Shown: positions 1 to 13,035, numbered from the stretch's first letter. The stretch: DNA of 64,000 nucleotides from Malacoraja senta (GCA_038087875.1 CM075987.1:25422001-25486000), one strand, 5' to 3'. Notes: generated by a model from the sequence alone, not told the origin. Translations and numbers: made by a program.

Positions 1-304
1 TTTCCGTGTTTCTATGTAATTCACACGTGGTGCGCAGAGGTAGTTCCCCTGCCAGGACAGACAGTGCGGTTCTGGTGGGTGGGCGAGCCTGCCATCTGAT
101 GGGAAATGTGGGAGAAAAGGCGCATCCTAATGGCTCAGCAAGTTTATCCTTTGAAGAGCAATCGAACAGAAAGAGTAGCGTGGGAAGGACCAGCAGGCGC
201 TGGTTTACGTCGGAGATAGACACAAAATGCTGGAGTGACTCAGCGGGTTATTCCAGCATTTCCCTCCCAATTCAGCTGGCTCAGGTTTAGGGGGTAGAGT
301 GGAG

Positions 305-605
305 TGGCACGGTGGCGCAGCGGCAGAGACCTAGGTTCGATCCTGACTCCGTGTGCTGTCTGTGCGGAGTTTGCACGTTGTGTGGGCTTTCTCCGGGTGC
401 TCCAGTTTCCTCCCACTTTCCAAAGACGTGCAAAGAAGTAGGTCAAGTGGCTTCTGTAAATTGTCCCTCGAGTATAGGATGGTGCTAGTGCACATGGAGT
501 GATCGCTGGTCGGCGCGGACTCGGTAGGCTGAAGGGCCTGTTGCCACGCTGTAACATTAAACTAAACTAAGCTAAACTGGATTAAATTAAACTAAACTAA
601 AAAAA
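305..605 (+). mobile_element. HE1-type tRNA-derived V-SINE
   Basis: Has GGCACGGTGGCGCAGCGG (A box), GGTTCGATCC (B box), V-domain TTTCCTCCCAC..CCAAAGAC, CR1-like tail GAAGGGCCTGT and (TAAAC)n. Confidence 0.85.
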
Positions 606-689
606 AACTAAGATGGAGTTGGACTTTGGACAGCCAGGTTTCTGATGGGGAATGTTTACCTTCCTTGAACTTGGCTGCAGGGAGATACA

Positions 690-786
690 AGGATGGACAC
701 AAGTGCTGGAGCCACTCGGCGGATCAGGCAGCATCTCTGGAGAAATGGAATAGGTGACGTTTCGGGTCGAGACCCTGCTTCAGACT
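690..786 (-). mobile_element. Penelope-derived short repeat with hammerhead-like core
   Basis: Reverse complement of CTGAAG.AGGGTCTCGACCCGAAACGTCACC..TCCAGAGATGCTGCC. Confidence 0.7.
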
Positions 787-1520
787 GTTTCAGATACACC
801 TCTGTGGTTTTTTAAAATCTGTTTCAAGCGTGTGTACACTGGCAAACTTTCTCATCGGTTGTTACTGATGTTGGGGTCTCACGATCGACCCGCACGCAGT
901 AGATGAGCATGAGGAGGGAAAAGGGGAAGTCAGTGTGGACCCGGCGTGGAGGGGAGGACTCAATGGGTCTAACACTCAAATTGAATGTTGCAACGTGTCC
1001 TTAAAAACTCTGGTCTTGTACAACTGACAACGCAGCATCTACCAGGCTCATGCTGGACAGGATCTATTATTCTGTTCATGTACAATTCGTAACAGTTGGA
1101 TCCCCCCCAGCTTTCTTATCTAGTTACCAACCAGCACTTGACAGTAAATAAATTAATATGGGAGACCAAGAGCCCCAGAACCATTTTCAATATTTCAATA
1201 GAAGCAAATAACAGCAGCAATACTCTGGTGAAAATCAAACACAGTTATTTTAAGATTTAACAGCAGTTTCAGTGTTCACCAAAATAAATTACTATCGAAT
1301 AAATGCATTATGCTTTTCCCCCCCAAAATGCCGTGTTGTAGGTAAAGCAATCATTTATATATTTTTTCCTCTCAGACATATCCGTTATTCATAATAATAT
1401 TGAATACAGTTTAAACATATTTTGACATTTACAGCAAAAGGCAGATCGTTCAATGGGCTTACGATTCGCATTATTTCAGAAGGACAATCATTTTCTTTCA
1501 CTTGCATTCCATGCAAAGCA

Positions 1521-1675
1521 TTTAAGCAGTAATTAGACAGGTACATGGACAGGACAGGTTTAGAGGGATATGGGCCAAATGCAGGTAGGTGGACCTAGTG
1601 TAGATGGGGTATGTTGGTCGGTGTGGGCATGTTGGGCCGTAGAGCCTGTTTCCACACTGTATGAGTCTATGTCTC
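1521..1675 (+). mobile_element. CR1 (HER1-type) LINE 3' end
   Basis: GACAGGTACATGGA..GGGATATGGGCCAAATGCAGG..GCCTGTTTCCACACTGTATGA, the tail shared with the HE1 SINE. Confidence 0.7.
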
Positions 1676-1759
1676 AATGACTAATGCCAATTTTTACGTG
1701 TGTTCCATATCTCACCACTCAGTGGTAGCAGGGTGTTAGATCTTTCCTCGTTGAGGCTT

Positions 1760-1955
1760 TCCAGTAGATGTACTAAGCTTCCATGTGTCCCTCTGCATGT
1801 TCTTGGGACCTTGAAGTCTGCCGCTGAGCAACGTTTGGTTGCAGGTACCTCCTTGCACTGGAACACCAGCAAGCTTGGGTGAGATCAAAGTGTGTCTTTC
1901 ATAGAGTTGCCAATGTTCCAGGGGATGTTTCTCTCAGTATGCCTCCCTGGGAAAG
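1760..1955 (-). pseudogene. Degenerate Tx1/L1-like LINE ORF2 C-terminal remnant
   Basis: Minus-strand peptides FPGRHTERNI..NSMKDTL and LLVFQCKE resemble the C-terminus of chondrichthyan Tx1-like ORF2; many lesions. Confidence 0.5.
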
Positions 1956-1984
1956 TTAAGGTCCCCGAGATTCTGCAATGTATA

Positions 1985-2235
1985 TGGCTACGGGTGCTGT
2001 CTGTATGGAGTTTGGACGTTCTCCCCGTGACCTGCGTGGGTTTTCTCGGAGATCTTCGGTTTCCTCCCACACTCCAAAGACGTGCAGGTTTGTAGGTTAA
2101 TTGGCCTGGTGTAAATGTAAATTGTCCCCAGTGTGTGTAGGATAGCGTTAGTGTGTGCGGGGATCGCTGGTCGGCGCGGGCTCGGTGGACCGAAGGGCCT
2201 GTTTCCACACTGTATCTCTAAACTAAACTAAACTA
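1985..2235 (+). mobile_element. HE1-type V-SINE, 5'-truncated
   Basis: V-domain, CR1-like tail and (TAAAC)n. Confidence 0.85.
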
Positions 2236-2598
2236 AAAATATCGCAACGTCTGGCCTTGGTGAGAAAACAACCATTTGCTCTCAAAGAACATTTACCAGG
2301 TGCCAAGTTCAACAATGACAAAAATCTGTATACGATGGAAGTGCAGGCTACGTTGCACTGCCACATAGCAAGGATGTCCTTCCTCAAATTAGGAGACCAA
2401 AACTGCACACAATATTCCAGATGGATGATCCGGGTCGAGTCTGAAGAAGGGTTGCTGTTCCCTTTGGAACCTCCAAACACAGCAGCCTCCTGGCAGCTCT
2501 GGATACTACTCATGAGTGTAGCACCTTGCTGAGTTACTCCAGCGTTTTGTGTCTATCTTCAATGAGTTTAATGAGAGAACTCAGCAAACAAACAAGAC

Positions 2599-2725
2599 TC
2601 TGAAGAAGGGTCTCGACCCGAAACATCACCCATTCCTTCTCTCCAGAGATGCTGCCTGGCCCTCTGAGTTACTCCAGCTTTTTACGTCTATCTTCAGTTT
2701 AAACCAGTATCTGCAGTTCTTTCTT
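2599..2725 (+). mobile_element. 127-bp Penelope-derived hammerhead-bearing element with 13-bp TSD
   Basis: AAACAAACAAGAC flanks it at 2586-2598 and 2726-2738; starts TCTGAAGAAGGGTCTCGACCCGAAAC. Confidence 0.75.
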
Positions 2726-2738
2726 AAACAAACAAGAC

Positions 2739-2972
2739 AGTTTGTATCCCTTCGTTGTCACCTCCTCCACTGCCAACAATGGACCATTGTGGGCTCTTTG
2801 GCCATCGGTGCCGAATCTGATTTGTTCTGTGTACCTTTTCATGCCTCTAGTTTCCCTCTCCCCCCGAATCTCAGTCTGAAGACGGATCTCGACCTGAAAC
2901 GTCACCCATTCTTTCTCTCCAGAGATGCTGCCTGTCCCTCTGAGTTACTCCAGCATTTTGTGTTTCTCTTCA
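2739..2972 (+). mobile_element. Penelope 3' (pLTR-like) fragment ending in the hammerhead-core repeat
   Basis: Same 3' sequence family as 11100-11283 (-) and 48840-49215 (+). Confidence 0.65.
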
Positions 2973-3328
2973 ATGACAAAAATATACTGCGTTCAGGGCG
3001 AAGAAAATATAGAGAAACATATCATGATATTATTTAATTGCACAGGGTCACTGAATTAAAATTTTAAATCCGATAATCTGATTTAATCTGCAATTTTAAT
3101 TATTTCATATTTATTTACAATGTAAACTTCAATCATCTGTGTAAACGTGTAGTTTGAGGAATTGGTTGTATTCAAAGCATATTTTAAATGTTATCGGGAC
3201 ATTTTAAACTCCTTAAAAAGGAGTCTTTAAAATAATGATTTTGTATTTTAATTTCAAGGAGCATGATTTAGCGATATCTATCATCTCCAATTGACTAACC
3301 CCGCATGGAACAATTGTGACCAAAACTA

Positions 3329-3538
3329 GGGGCGGAACGGTGGCGCAGCGGTAGAGTTACAGCTTCACAGTGCCAGAGACCCGGGTTCGATCCTGACTAC
3401 GGGTGCTGTCTGTACGGAGTTTGTACCTTCTCCCCGTGACCTGCGTGGGTTTCTCCGAGATCTTCGGTTTCCTCTCACACTCCACAGATGTACAGGTTTG
3501 TAGGTTAATTGGCTTGGTGTAAATGTCAAAAAGACAAT

Positions 3539-3569
<31 letters not shown>

Positions 3570-3855
3570 TTCCGAACAAGTAAAGACATTAAAGACATTG
3601 ATATTAACAAAATCGAAATTATCAAACAATTGAACATTGCAATCAACATTTACAAATGAGAAGAACAAAATCAAGGTTCCAATGTCCAACTCAGAGTCTG
3701 TACAAGCTCGAAAAGGAGTGAGAAGAAGAATAACTTGTCCCTGGTGTGTGTAGGATAGTGTTAATGAGCGGGGATCGCTGGTAGGTGCAGACTCGGTGGG
3801 CCGAAGGGCCAGTTTCCACGCAGTATCTCTAAACTAAACTAAAACTAAACTAAAA
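3329..3855 (+). mobile_element. Full-length HE1-type V-SINE interrupted at ~3535-3735 by an inverted L2-like 3' tail
   Basis: A/B boxes, V-domain and tail present; the insert has (TTTA)n and CTCGAAAAGGAGTGAGAAGAAG. Confidence 0.8.
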
Positions 3856-4171
3856 GCATCATAGAAATATTCCAATATACATGGGAGGCACTTGGGAACA
3901 AAAGTGGACAAGTTGGTTCATTGAGATTGTTTTCTCATTCAGCGAGAATTTGGCTTAACTGTGACTTAACAATAAGAAGGGTCTCGACCCAAAACGTCAC
4001 CTATTCCTTTTATCCAGAGATGCTGTCTGAACCGTTGAGTTACTCCAGCTTTTTGTGTCAACCTTCGGTTTAAACCAGCATCTGCAGTTCCTTCCTACTC
4101 CATCTTAGCTTGTTTAGTTTGGTTTAGTTTAGAGATACAGCATGGAAACAGGCCCTTCACCGACTTGGCCT

Positions 4172-4371
4172 NNNNNNNNNNNNNNNNNNNNNNNNNNNNN
4201 NNNNNNNNNNNNNNNNNNNNNNNNNNNNNNNNNNNNNNNNNNNNNNNNNNNNNNNNNNNNNNNNNNNNNNNNNNNNNNNNNNNNNNNNNNNNNNNNNNNN
4301 NNNNNNNNNNNNNNNNNNNNNNNNNNNNNNNNNNNNNNNNNNNNNNNNNNNNNNNNNNNNNNNNNNNNNNN
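4172..4371. other. Assembly gap (200 N)
   Basis: Run of n. Confidence 1.
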
Positions 4372-4683
4372 ACTCTAATGAGTACTTTGTCAGTGCCAGC
4401 AACATGATGACTTGTTTGTGTACTTTGTGTATTGCATGCAAAAAATACAAAGAATTTCAATGTACCTAGGCACATGTGACAATCAATGATACTTTTTGTC
4501 AAATGTATCGAGGTATAATTAAAAAAAAAAAATTATGGTTCAGTATCACTATACAAACGCACACTTAGATATATCTGAGATAAGTATCTCAGATACAGAA
4601 GTGTGTAGCAGTAGTACATTGAGACAGTGTAGAGTCACCAGTTTGGTGCCAGTTGTTGTAAGTACAGGGATCTTGATCTGACC

Positions 4684-4915
4684 ATGAATGAATGAATAAA
4701 TGAATACGTTTATTGGCCAAGTTTTCACATACAAGGAATTTGCCTTGGTGCTCTGCCCGCAAGTGACAACATGACATACAGTGACAGCTAGGAATGACAC
4801 ATAAAACATTAAACATTAATAATAAAACATTATCGATTAAACATGTGAATTAAATAAAATACCAGAGCAAAAGGAGGCTACAGATGTTTGGTTATTGAGT
4901 AGAGCTACTACTCAA
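4684..4915 (-). mobile_element. Rex1/Babar-like LINE 3' UTR
   Basis: (ATTC)n tail and GAGCACCAAGGCAAATTCCTTGTATGTG..TTGGCCAATAAA, which also follow the Rex1-like coding end at 48401-48830. Confidence 0.65.
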
Positions 4916-4971
4916 TAGGCACGGACAATTATCATTGAATCATTGAACTTTTGCAATTGGGGCAATGTCAC

Positions 4972-5540
4972 TTATATAAGGCACTTATATAAGACCACAT
5001 TTGGAGTATTGTGAGGAGTTTTGGGCCCCACATCTGAGAAGGGATGTGCTGACATTGGAGAGAATCCAGAGGAGGTTTACGAGAATCATCCCAAGAATGT
5101 ATGATAAGCATTTGATGGCACTGGGCCTGTACTCACTGAAGTTTAGAAGGATGAAGGGCAACCTCATTGAAACTTACTGAATAGTGAAAGGCCTGGATAG
5201 AGTGGACGTGGAGAGGATGTTTCCACTAGTGGGAGAGTCTCGGACCAGAGGGCACAGCCTCAGAATTAAAGGACATTCCTTTAGGAAGGAGATGAGGATG
5301 AATTTCTTTAGTCAGAGGGTGGTGAATCTGTGGAATTCATTGCTACAGAAGGCTGTGGAGGCCAAATCAATGGATATTTTTAAGGCTGAGGTAGATTCTT
5401 GATTAACGTGGGTGTCAGGGGTTATGGGGAGAAGGCAGGAGAATGGGGTTTGGGGGGAGTGATAGATCAGCCATGATTGAATGGCGGAGTAGACTTGACG
5501 GGCCAAATGGCCTAATTCTGCTCTTATGATCTCATGAACT
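4972..5540 (+). mobile_element. CR1 LINE 3' fragment
   Basis: Peptide KGLDRVDVERMFPLVGESRTRGHSLRIKG..FFSQRVVNLWNSL. Confidence 0.9.
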
Positions 5541-6037
5541 TATAATGATTGCTAACACTCAAAATGATTTACATCACTGCAACAAATAAATCTTTACTCA
5601 AACTAATGTCTAAACTCTTATTCTCTTGATCAAAACTATGATAACAACTGATCACTGGATCTAAAACAATATCGTTGCTTAGTTTTGAGCAGACGAATTG
5701 CCTTGAGGCATAATTACTGATCATTAAATATATTGATTTCAATTACACTGAATTTCTCAAAGGGTGTCTGGCTAAAGGTTTATTAGATTGGAACAATCTC
5801 AGCAATAACGTGAAAACCTTGAGACTTCATAAAATAATATCTTGATGAAGTTTGCAGGATTTATGAACTCAAGTGCCCTAATCATTTGGCTGTTCCTTAT
5901 TCTGTTTGATCTATTAATTGTATTTCAGAGCTTTCACTTCATCCGTACTTCTCTGTGTTTTAAATCGTTGTTGTGCTGTTACAAGTGAGAATTATTTTAT
6001 TGATCCGTTTCGGGACATAGGCCAATAAAACACTCTT

Positions 6038-6495
6038 CATATGTTCATAAGTTCTTGGAGCAGGATTAGATCAATCAGCCCATCAAGTCCAGTCCGCCAT
6101 TCAATCATGGCTGATCTATCTTTCCCTCTCAACCCCATTCTCCCCGTAACCCCTGACAACCGTACTGATCAAGAATCCGCCAATCTCCGCCATAAATCTG
6201 TGGAGTTCTTTGCCACAGAAGGCTGTGGAGGCCAAGTCAGTGGATAATTTTAAGGCAGAGATAGATAGACTCTTGATTAGTACGGGTGTCAGAGGTTATG
6301 GAGAGAAGGCAGGAAAATGGGATTAGGAGGGAGAGATAGATCAGCCATTATTGAATGGTGGAGTAGACTTGATCAACCGAATGGCCTAATTCTGCTCCTA
6401 TTCCTTATGACCTTAAAAATATCCATTGACTTGGCTGTCAGTGGCAATGAACTCCACAGATTCACCACCCTCTGACTAAAGAAATTCCTCCTTAT
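6038..6495. mobile_element. Nested CR1 3' ends in opposite orientations
   Basis: A plus-strand CR1 tail (6197-6412) splits a minus-strand CR1 tail. Confidence 0.7.
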
Positions 6496-7129
6496 CCTCT
6501 CGACACTGTTTATCTGTTATGTGCCCAATAAACAGTTGATCAAAGCTTTTTAGGAAGGTTGGCATTTTGTATCAAACCAGACAAAAGAAAGAAAAGTATT
6601 TTTTTCAGATAATCCATAAAATAAAGTCATGACAGAACTCCAGGAAAGTATTATTGCTTGTTTTGTGATAAATATTTTAAGTCTCCAATAAAAGACCTTT
6701 AATACCTTTGGAACATCTGAAGTGCCATTTGAGAGTACTTCAATGACCAATTTGATAACTTTGCTGACAATTGAGTGTGGATGCATTGGGCAACATTAGC
6801 AGAATTAGATGCGGTCAGCTTTATGAATGGGACATCTTTACACATCTTTAGTTTAGTATAGACCACAAAACGCTGGAGAAACTCAGCAGGTGAGGCAGCA
6901 TCTATGGAGAGAAGGAATTGGCCACGTTTCGGGTCAAGACCCTTCTTCTTTAGTTTAGTTTAGTTTGTTATTGTCATGTGTACCGAGGTGCAATGAAAAG
7001 CTTTTTTATGCGTGCCAACCATTCAGTGAAAAGACTACACATGGTTACAATCAAGCCGTCCACAGTTTATAGATACAGGACAAAAGGAATAATGTTTCGT
7101 GCTAGTTAGAGTCCAGTAAAGTCCCATTA

Positions 7130-7400
7130 GTTTTTAGTTCAGTTTAGAGATACAGCGCGGAAACAGGCCCTTCGGCCCACCGAGTCTGCAGCGACCAGCG
7201 ATCCCCGCACACTAACACTATCCTACACACACTACAATTACAATGATACCAAGCCAATTAACCTACAAACCTGTACGTCTTTGGAGGGTGGGAGGAAACC
7301 GGCGATCTCGGGGAAAATCCACGCAGGTCACGGGGAGAACGTACAAACTCCGTACAGACAGCACCCATAGTCGGGATCGAACACGGTTCTCTGGCGCTGT
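7130..7400 (-). mobile_element. HE1-type V-SINE inside a Rex1-like tail (6950-7445)
   Basis: Reverse complement of the HE1 consensus. Confidence 0.85.
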
Positions 7401-7687
7401 AGCTAAGGCAGCAACTCCTATTAAAGATAGTTTGAAGGTCTCCAATTTTCTGGTATATGACAGCATTGTAAATATACTTTGAAATAGTGATAATCACAAA
7501 AAGGATTCTCTGCCAACATTTGACCTGATGCCTTGAGACTTTAATAGCATCAGGAGTCAACATTGAGAATCCCAAGGTCTCCATCACTCAGCCTGTATAG
7601 CATTGTACTACCCCCTTTGTTAAGCCATTGGGATAGGACTTACAATGAAGTAGCCTGTCCCATTGACTGGAGGACATTATACAATGT

Positions 7688-7721
7688 GGTCTGAAGAAGG
7701 GTCTCGACCCGAAACGTCACC
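7688..7721 (+). ncRNA. Putative minimal hammerhead ribozyme core (most canonical copy of the Penelope-derived repeat)
   Basis: GGT-CTGAAGA-A-GGGTC-TC-GACCC-GAAAC-GTC-ACC: CUGANGA box, stem II, GAAA box, palindromic ACGT stem III and a GUC site. Confidence 0.6.
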
Positions 7722-8271
7722 CATGCTGCCAGTTACTCCAGCATTTTGTGCCTACATACAATGAGAATAATTCTATGCAAGGCCATTGCTTAATTGATCT
7801 GTGGAGAATCTCTCCTAACTTGGACACCGACAAACCTGTACGTCTTTGGAGTGTGGGAGGAAACCGGAGATCTCGGAGAAAATCCACGCAGGTCACGGGG
7901 AGAACTTAGCTGGAATAACACATAGCTGGAAGCAACACTGTAATTCGGTGCTCCAATTTGGAACTTAGATTTTTAATAGGTTCTTTCTGTTTTATCTCAG
8001 TAGTTATGGAGTGGCTTGCCTGACCACAGCAACATCAACCAGATTCTGAAGAAGGGCCTCGGTCCGAAATCGTCACCCATTCCTTTTCTCCAGAGATGCT
8101 GCCTGTCCCGCTGAGTCACTCCAGCTTTTTGTGTCTTATCTTCGGTTTAAACCAGAATCTGCAGTTCCTTCCCACACATCAACCCTATTAATAACTTTTG
8201 ACTCATTAGTGGCCTAACACAAAGGGTGGACAAGATAAAGATGTCAGATTTTCTTTAAAGTGTAATAAAAA

Positions 8272-8492
8272 AGGAACTGCAGATGCTGGTTTACACAAGA
8301 GAAAGACACAAAATGCTGGAGTGACTCTGCGGGTCAGGCAGCATCTCTGGAGAACATGGATAGGTGACGTTTCAGGTCGGGGCCCTTCATCTAATTTCAG
8401 TTGGAAGAAGGGTGCTGACCAGAAATGAAACCTATCCATTTTCTCCAGAGATGCTGCCTGACCTGGTGAGTTACTTCAGTATTTTGTGTCAT
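8272..8492. mobile_element. Inverted (head-to-head) pair of Penelope-derived hammerhead repeats
   Basis: Minus copy 8272-8395 is followed by plus copy 8403-8492. Confidence 0.7.
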
Positions 8493-8663
8493 TCTTTGGC
8501 AGATTTTTTTGTATGACTGTTAGTAGTGAACAAGCTTGCTTTGTGCAATAATTCAGTTGTTTTCAGGTCATCCTCATCAATGACATTTGGGTTATTTTGG
8601 GGTTTATTAACTGGGTTTAAATTTCTCAACCACTGAGGTGGGATTTGAACTCCTCTCATCTCT

Positions 8664-8945
8664 TTTTTTAAAATATTTTAATTTTATTAGAAGTAAGTAC
8701 AATTGTATACAATCATATTTTCATAATACCTTTTATGTACAGCTTCTTATTTAAAAAAAATTTTGTAATAAAGAAGAAAAATAAAAAAGTTAGATAATGA
8801 AAAATAGAAAAATGTGAGATATATAGTGTGTGAAAAAGAAAAATAGAGAGTGAAAAAAGAAAGTTGAGACATAGAAAATAGAAGAAAGAGAGTAAATGAA
8901 GAAAAGAGAAGAAAAGAAAATAGAAGTAAGGAGATCATTTATAAT
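8664..8945 (-). mobile_element. L1/Tx1-like 3' UTR with poly(A) (related copies 23480-23790 minus, 54095-54220 plus)
   Basis: Shared TACTTCTAATAAAA-poly(A) end and a pyrimidine-rich UTR. Confidence 0.5.
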
Positions 8946-9046
8946 CTTGACCATCCCTCACCCAGTCACGGATCATCTCTTGATGGTTAGTGCACTCGTC
9001 TGGATTGTATATCCAGTCATTTAAAACTGTGCCATCAACATTAGAG

Positions 9047-9365
9047 CTGCACGGTGGCGCAGCGGTAGAGTTGCTGCATTACAGCGCCAGAGACCCGGGT
9101 TCGATCCTGCCCACGATCGCTTGTCAGTACGGAGTTTGTACCTTCTCCCCGTGACCTTCATGGGTTTTCTCCAGAATCTCCGGTTTCCTCCCACACTCCA
9201 AAGACGTACAGGTTTGTAGGCTAAATGGCTTTGGTATAATTGTAAATTGTCCCCAGTGTGTGTAGGATAGTGTTAGTGTGAGGGCATCACTGGTCGGTGC
9301 GGACTTGGTGGGTCGAAGGGCCTGTTTCTGCGCTGTATCTCAAAACAAAACTAAATTAAACTAAA
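9047..9365 (+). mobile_element. HE1-type V-SINE, full length
   Basis: A/B boxes, V-domain, tail. Confidence 0.9.
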
Positions 9366-9594
9366 GCAATTTCAATCTACACATCAGCAAGTCAGAAATT
9401 GAGTCCAATCTATTCTTTAATTAACAGATAAGTTATTTAATTTCCTAAGCAAGGGCAGCTTGTGTGACCCCAATTAGAGAATGTGACAGATATCCATTAG
9501 ACTAATTGTATTTGTTTTTTTATTCCAGTGCTTGCTGAAGTACCCACAAATGTTCAAATAATTCCAGGCAATTGGCATCACTTATCTCAGGTAC

Positions 9595-9900
9595 TTTAGT
9601 TTAAAGATGCAACGCGTAAATAGGCCCTTCGGCCCACCGAGTCCGAGCCGGCCATCGATCCCCATGCACTAGTACTATCCTACACGCACTAGGGACAATT
9701 TACAATTTACAGAAGCCAATTAACCTACAAACCTGTACGTCTTTGGAGAGTGGGAGGAAACCGGAGATTCCGGAGAAAACCCACGCAGTTCACGAGGAGA
9801 ACGTACAAACTCCATACAGACAAGCACCCATAGTCAGGATCGAACCAGGGTCTCTGGCACTGTAAGGCAGCAACTTTGCTGCTGCACCACCATGATGCCC
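9595..9900 (-). mobile_element. HE1-type V-SINE, full length
   Basis: Reverse complement of the consensus. Confidence 0.9.
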
Positions 9901-10671
9901 CTCTTAGGTATTTGGGAGAAAGAATGATATTTTGTACATTTGCCAATTTTTTTGTCTCAAGATATTTTTTTAAGAGGCTCATTTGACTACTAACGCCCGA
10001 CTCAACTTACTCCTCTGAAGATGAAAATATTAAATAATGGATAGTGTGAATAATAAAGTAAATAAAATAAAGTAAATACTGTCTAATAAATAATGGAAAA
10101 AGAAGACAACAGTTGGAAAACAGAAATAAACTGAAAAATGCTGGTAATATTCAGCATTTATGGAACGAGAAATTGAGTTAATGTTTCAGTCTGTTTGTCA
10201 ATTCTGACGAAAGATAATGAATAATTTGGTCACTTAACAAAGTATCAATAATGTATGGAATAACTAAAGGTTGAAAAATCTGCATTAAATTTATTTTAAT
10301 GAGTATATGCTTACGAGATGTAATTTTGGCTTTTGGCGGATACAAATTGGTTGGCAAAGCCCACAGTATTCCGACAGACGTTGTCAGGGGTAATGGGGAG
10401 AAGGCAGGAGAATAGGGTTGAGATAGGGAAAGATAGATCAGCCATGATTGAATGGCAGAGAGTGACCTGATGGGCCAAATGGCCTAATTCTTCTCCGATC
10501 ACTCATGAACTCATGAACTTATGAAGGAATCATTAAGGTTAAAATATTATTGCCGGCCAAATACACAAGGATGTACTTCCTTCTGACAATAATTATCAGC
10601 GCATTCACATATTTATATTTTGTGTAGGAAAGAACTGCAGATGCTGGTTTAAACCGAAGATAGACACAAAA

Positions 10672-11092
10672 TACTCGGTAGAATTTAGAAGATTGAGGGG
10701 GGATCTTATAGAAACTTACAAGATTCTTAAGGGGTTGGACAGGCTAGATGCAGGAAGATTGTTCCCGATGTTGGGGAAGTCCAGAACAAGGGGTCACAGT
10801 TTAAGGATAAGGGGGAAATCTTTTAGGACCGAGATGAGAAAATCATTTTTTACACAGAGAGTGGTGAATCTCTGGAATTCTCTGCCACAGAATGTAGTTG
10901 AGGCCAGTTCATTGGCTATATTTAAGAGGGAGTTAGATGTGGCCCTTGTGGCTAAAGGGATCAGGGGGTATGGAGAGAAGGCAGGTATGGGATACTGAGT
11001 TGGATGATCAGCCATGATCATATTGAATGGCGGTGCAGGCTCGAAGGGCTGAATGGCCTACTCCTGCACCTATTTTCTGTTTCTATGTTTCT
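10672..11092 (+). mobile_element. CR1 3' fragment inserted in a Penelope-derived repeat (10626-11283, minus)
   Basis: ORF 10693-10998 RGDLIETYKILKGLDRLDAGRLFP..; (CTATGTTT) tail; the host repeat resumes on both sides. Confidence 0.9.
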
Positions 11093-11310
11093 AAAATGCT
11101 GGTGTAACTCAGAGGGTCAGGCAGCATCTCTGGAGAAAAGGAGTTGGTGACGTTTCGGGTTGAGACCCTTCTTCAGACTGAGAGTCAGGGGAGAGGGAAA
11201 CTAGAGGTACGAAGAGGTGCAAAGAAGTAATGAATGGAAGGTCTGCAAAAGGACAAATCAAAGCCAGCAACGATGATCAAGGATGTTCAGTTTTTGGCAC
11301 TATTTTATTG

Positions 11311-12045
11311 GAAACATTGAAACATAGAAAATAGGTGCAGGAGTAGGCCAATCAGCCCTTCGAGCTAGCAACGCCATTCAATATGATCATGGCTGATCAT
11401 CCAAAATCAGTACCCCGTTCCTGCTTTCTCCCATATCCCTTGATTCCGTTAGCCCTAAGAGCTACATAATAATAATAATAATAGATTTTATTTATATAGC
11501 GCTTTTCAGGACTCAAAGTCTAACTGTCTCTTGAAAACATCCAGCGAATTGGCCTCCACTGCCTTCTGTGGTAGAGAATTCCACATATTCACAATTCTCT
11601 TGGTGAAAAAGTTTTTCCTCATCTCAGTGCTAAATGGCCTATCCCTTATTCCTAAACTGTGACCCCTGGTTCTGGACTTCCCCAACATGGGAAACATTTT
11701 TTCCTGCATCTAGCCTGTCCAATCCCTTATTAATTTTATATGTTTCTATAAGATACCCTCTCATCCTTCTAAATTCCGGTGAATATAAGCCCAGTCGACC
11801 CATTCGTTCATCATATGTCAGTCCCACCATCCCGGAAATAATCCTGATGAGCCTACGCTGGGCTCCCTCAATAGCAAGAATGTCCTTCCTCAAATTAGGA
11901 GACCAAAACTGCACACAATACTCCAGGTGTGGTCCCACCAGGGCCCTGTGCAACTGCAGTAGGACCTCCTTGCTCCTATACTCAAATCCTCTTGCTATGA
12001 AGGCCAACGTGCCATTTGCTTTCTTCACTGCCTGCTGTACCTGTA
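11311..12045 (-). mobile_element. CR1 3' fragment with a short L2 tail inserted at ~11466-11520
   Basis: ORF 11639-12028 KKANGTLAFIARG..PHLEYCVQFWSP. Confidence 0.9.
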
Positions 12046-12556
12046 TGCAGTCAAGCTGGGAAGGCTGCAGAGAAGATTTACAAGGTCCATTGTTGGCCCT
12101 GGAGAAAGTAATAAGAAATGAAACTAACTAGTGAAACAGTAAAACAAAGCAGGACAGCAGTGAAATTAGAAGGATGACTAGGATGGGGGAGGGATGGAGA
12201 GAGAGGGAATACAAGGGTTAACTATGTCTTCTGGTTCTCGATTCCCTTACTCTGAGCAAGAGAATCTGTGCGTCTACCCAATCTATTCCTCTCATGATAA
12301 GATCACCGCTCCTCTCCAGCGAGTCCATGGGATAGAGTCCCAGCCTGCTCAACCTCTCCCTATACCTCAGACCCTGTCAAAATCCTCGTAAATCTTCTGC
12401 ACCCTTTCCAGCTTGACAACATCTTTTCTACGAACTGGTGCCAAGAAAATATTTAGTCATCGATATTATTTGCCAATACTGCCCTTTGATTTAGTTGGGT
12501 TTAGAGATTCAGCGTGGTAGCAGGCCCTTCGACCCACTGAGTCTGTGCTGACCAAC

Positions 12557-13035
12557 AGTATGGTATGGCAACTGCTCTGTCTCCGACCGGAAAGCACTGC
12601 AGAGGGTGGTGAAAATTGCCCAACGCATCACCGGTTCCTCACTCCCCACCATTGAGTCTGTCCAAAGCAAGCGTTGTCTGCGAAGGGCGCTCAGCATCGC
12701 CAAGGACTGCTCTCACCCCAACCACAGACTGTTTACCCTCCTACCATCCGGGAGGCGCTACAGGTCTCTCCGTTGCCGGACCAGCAGGTCCAGGAACAGC
12801 TTCTTCCCTGCGGCGGTTACACTACTCAACACTGTACCTCGGTGACTGCCAATCACACACCCCCCCCCCCCCCCCGGACACTCCTCCCACCAGGATGTAT
12901 TAGATTAGATTTATTTATTTACTGCTCATATTTATGTCGCTCTTCTAGGGAGATGCTAACTGCATTTCGTTGTCTCTGTACTGTACACTGCACAATGACA
13001 ATAAAGTTGAATCTGAATCTGAATCTGAATCTGAT
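12557..13035 (+). mobile_element. Rex1/Babar LINE 3' fragment inside a minus-strand HE1 SINE (12490-13158)
   Basis: LQRVVKIAQRITG..HPNHRLFTLLPSGRRYRSL..NSFFPAAVTLLN; (AATCTG)n tail. Confidence 0.85.

Noticed and set aside
3329..3400. tRNA gene (A and B boxes)
   Set aside because: It is the tRNA-derived head of the HE1 SINE and is followed by the V-domain and LINE tail; the same applies to all other copies
4095..4502. ORFs spanning X residues
   Set aside because: They are open only because of the 200-N gap
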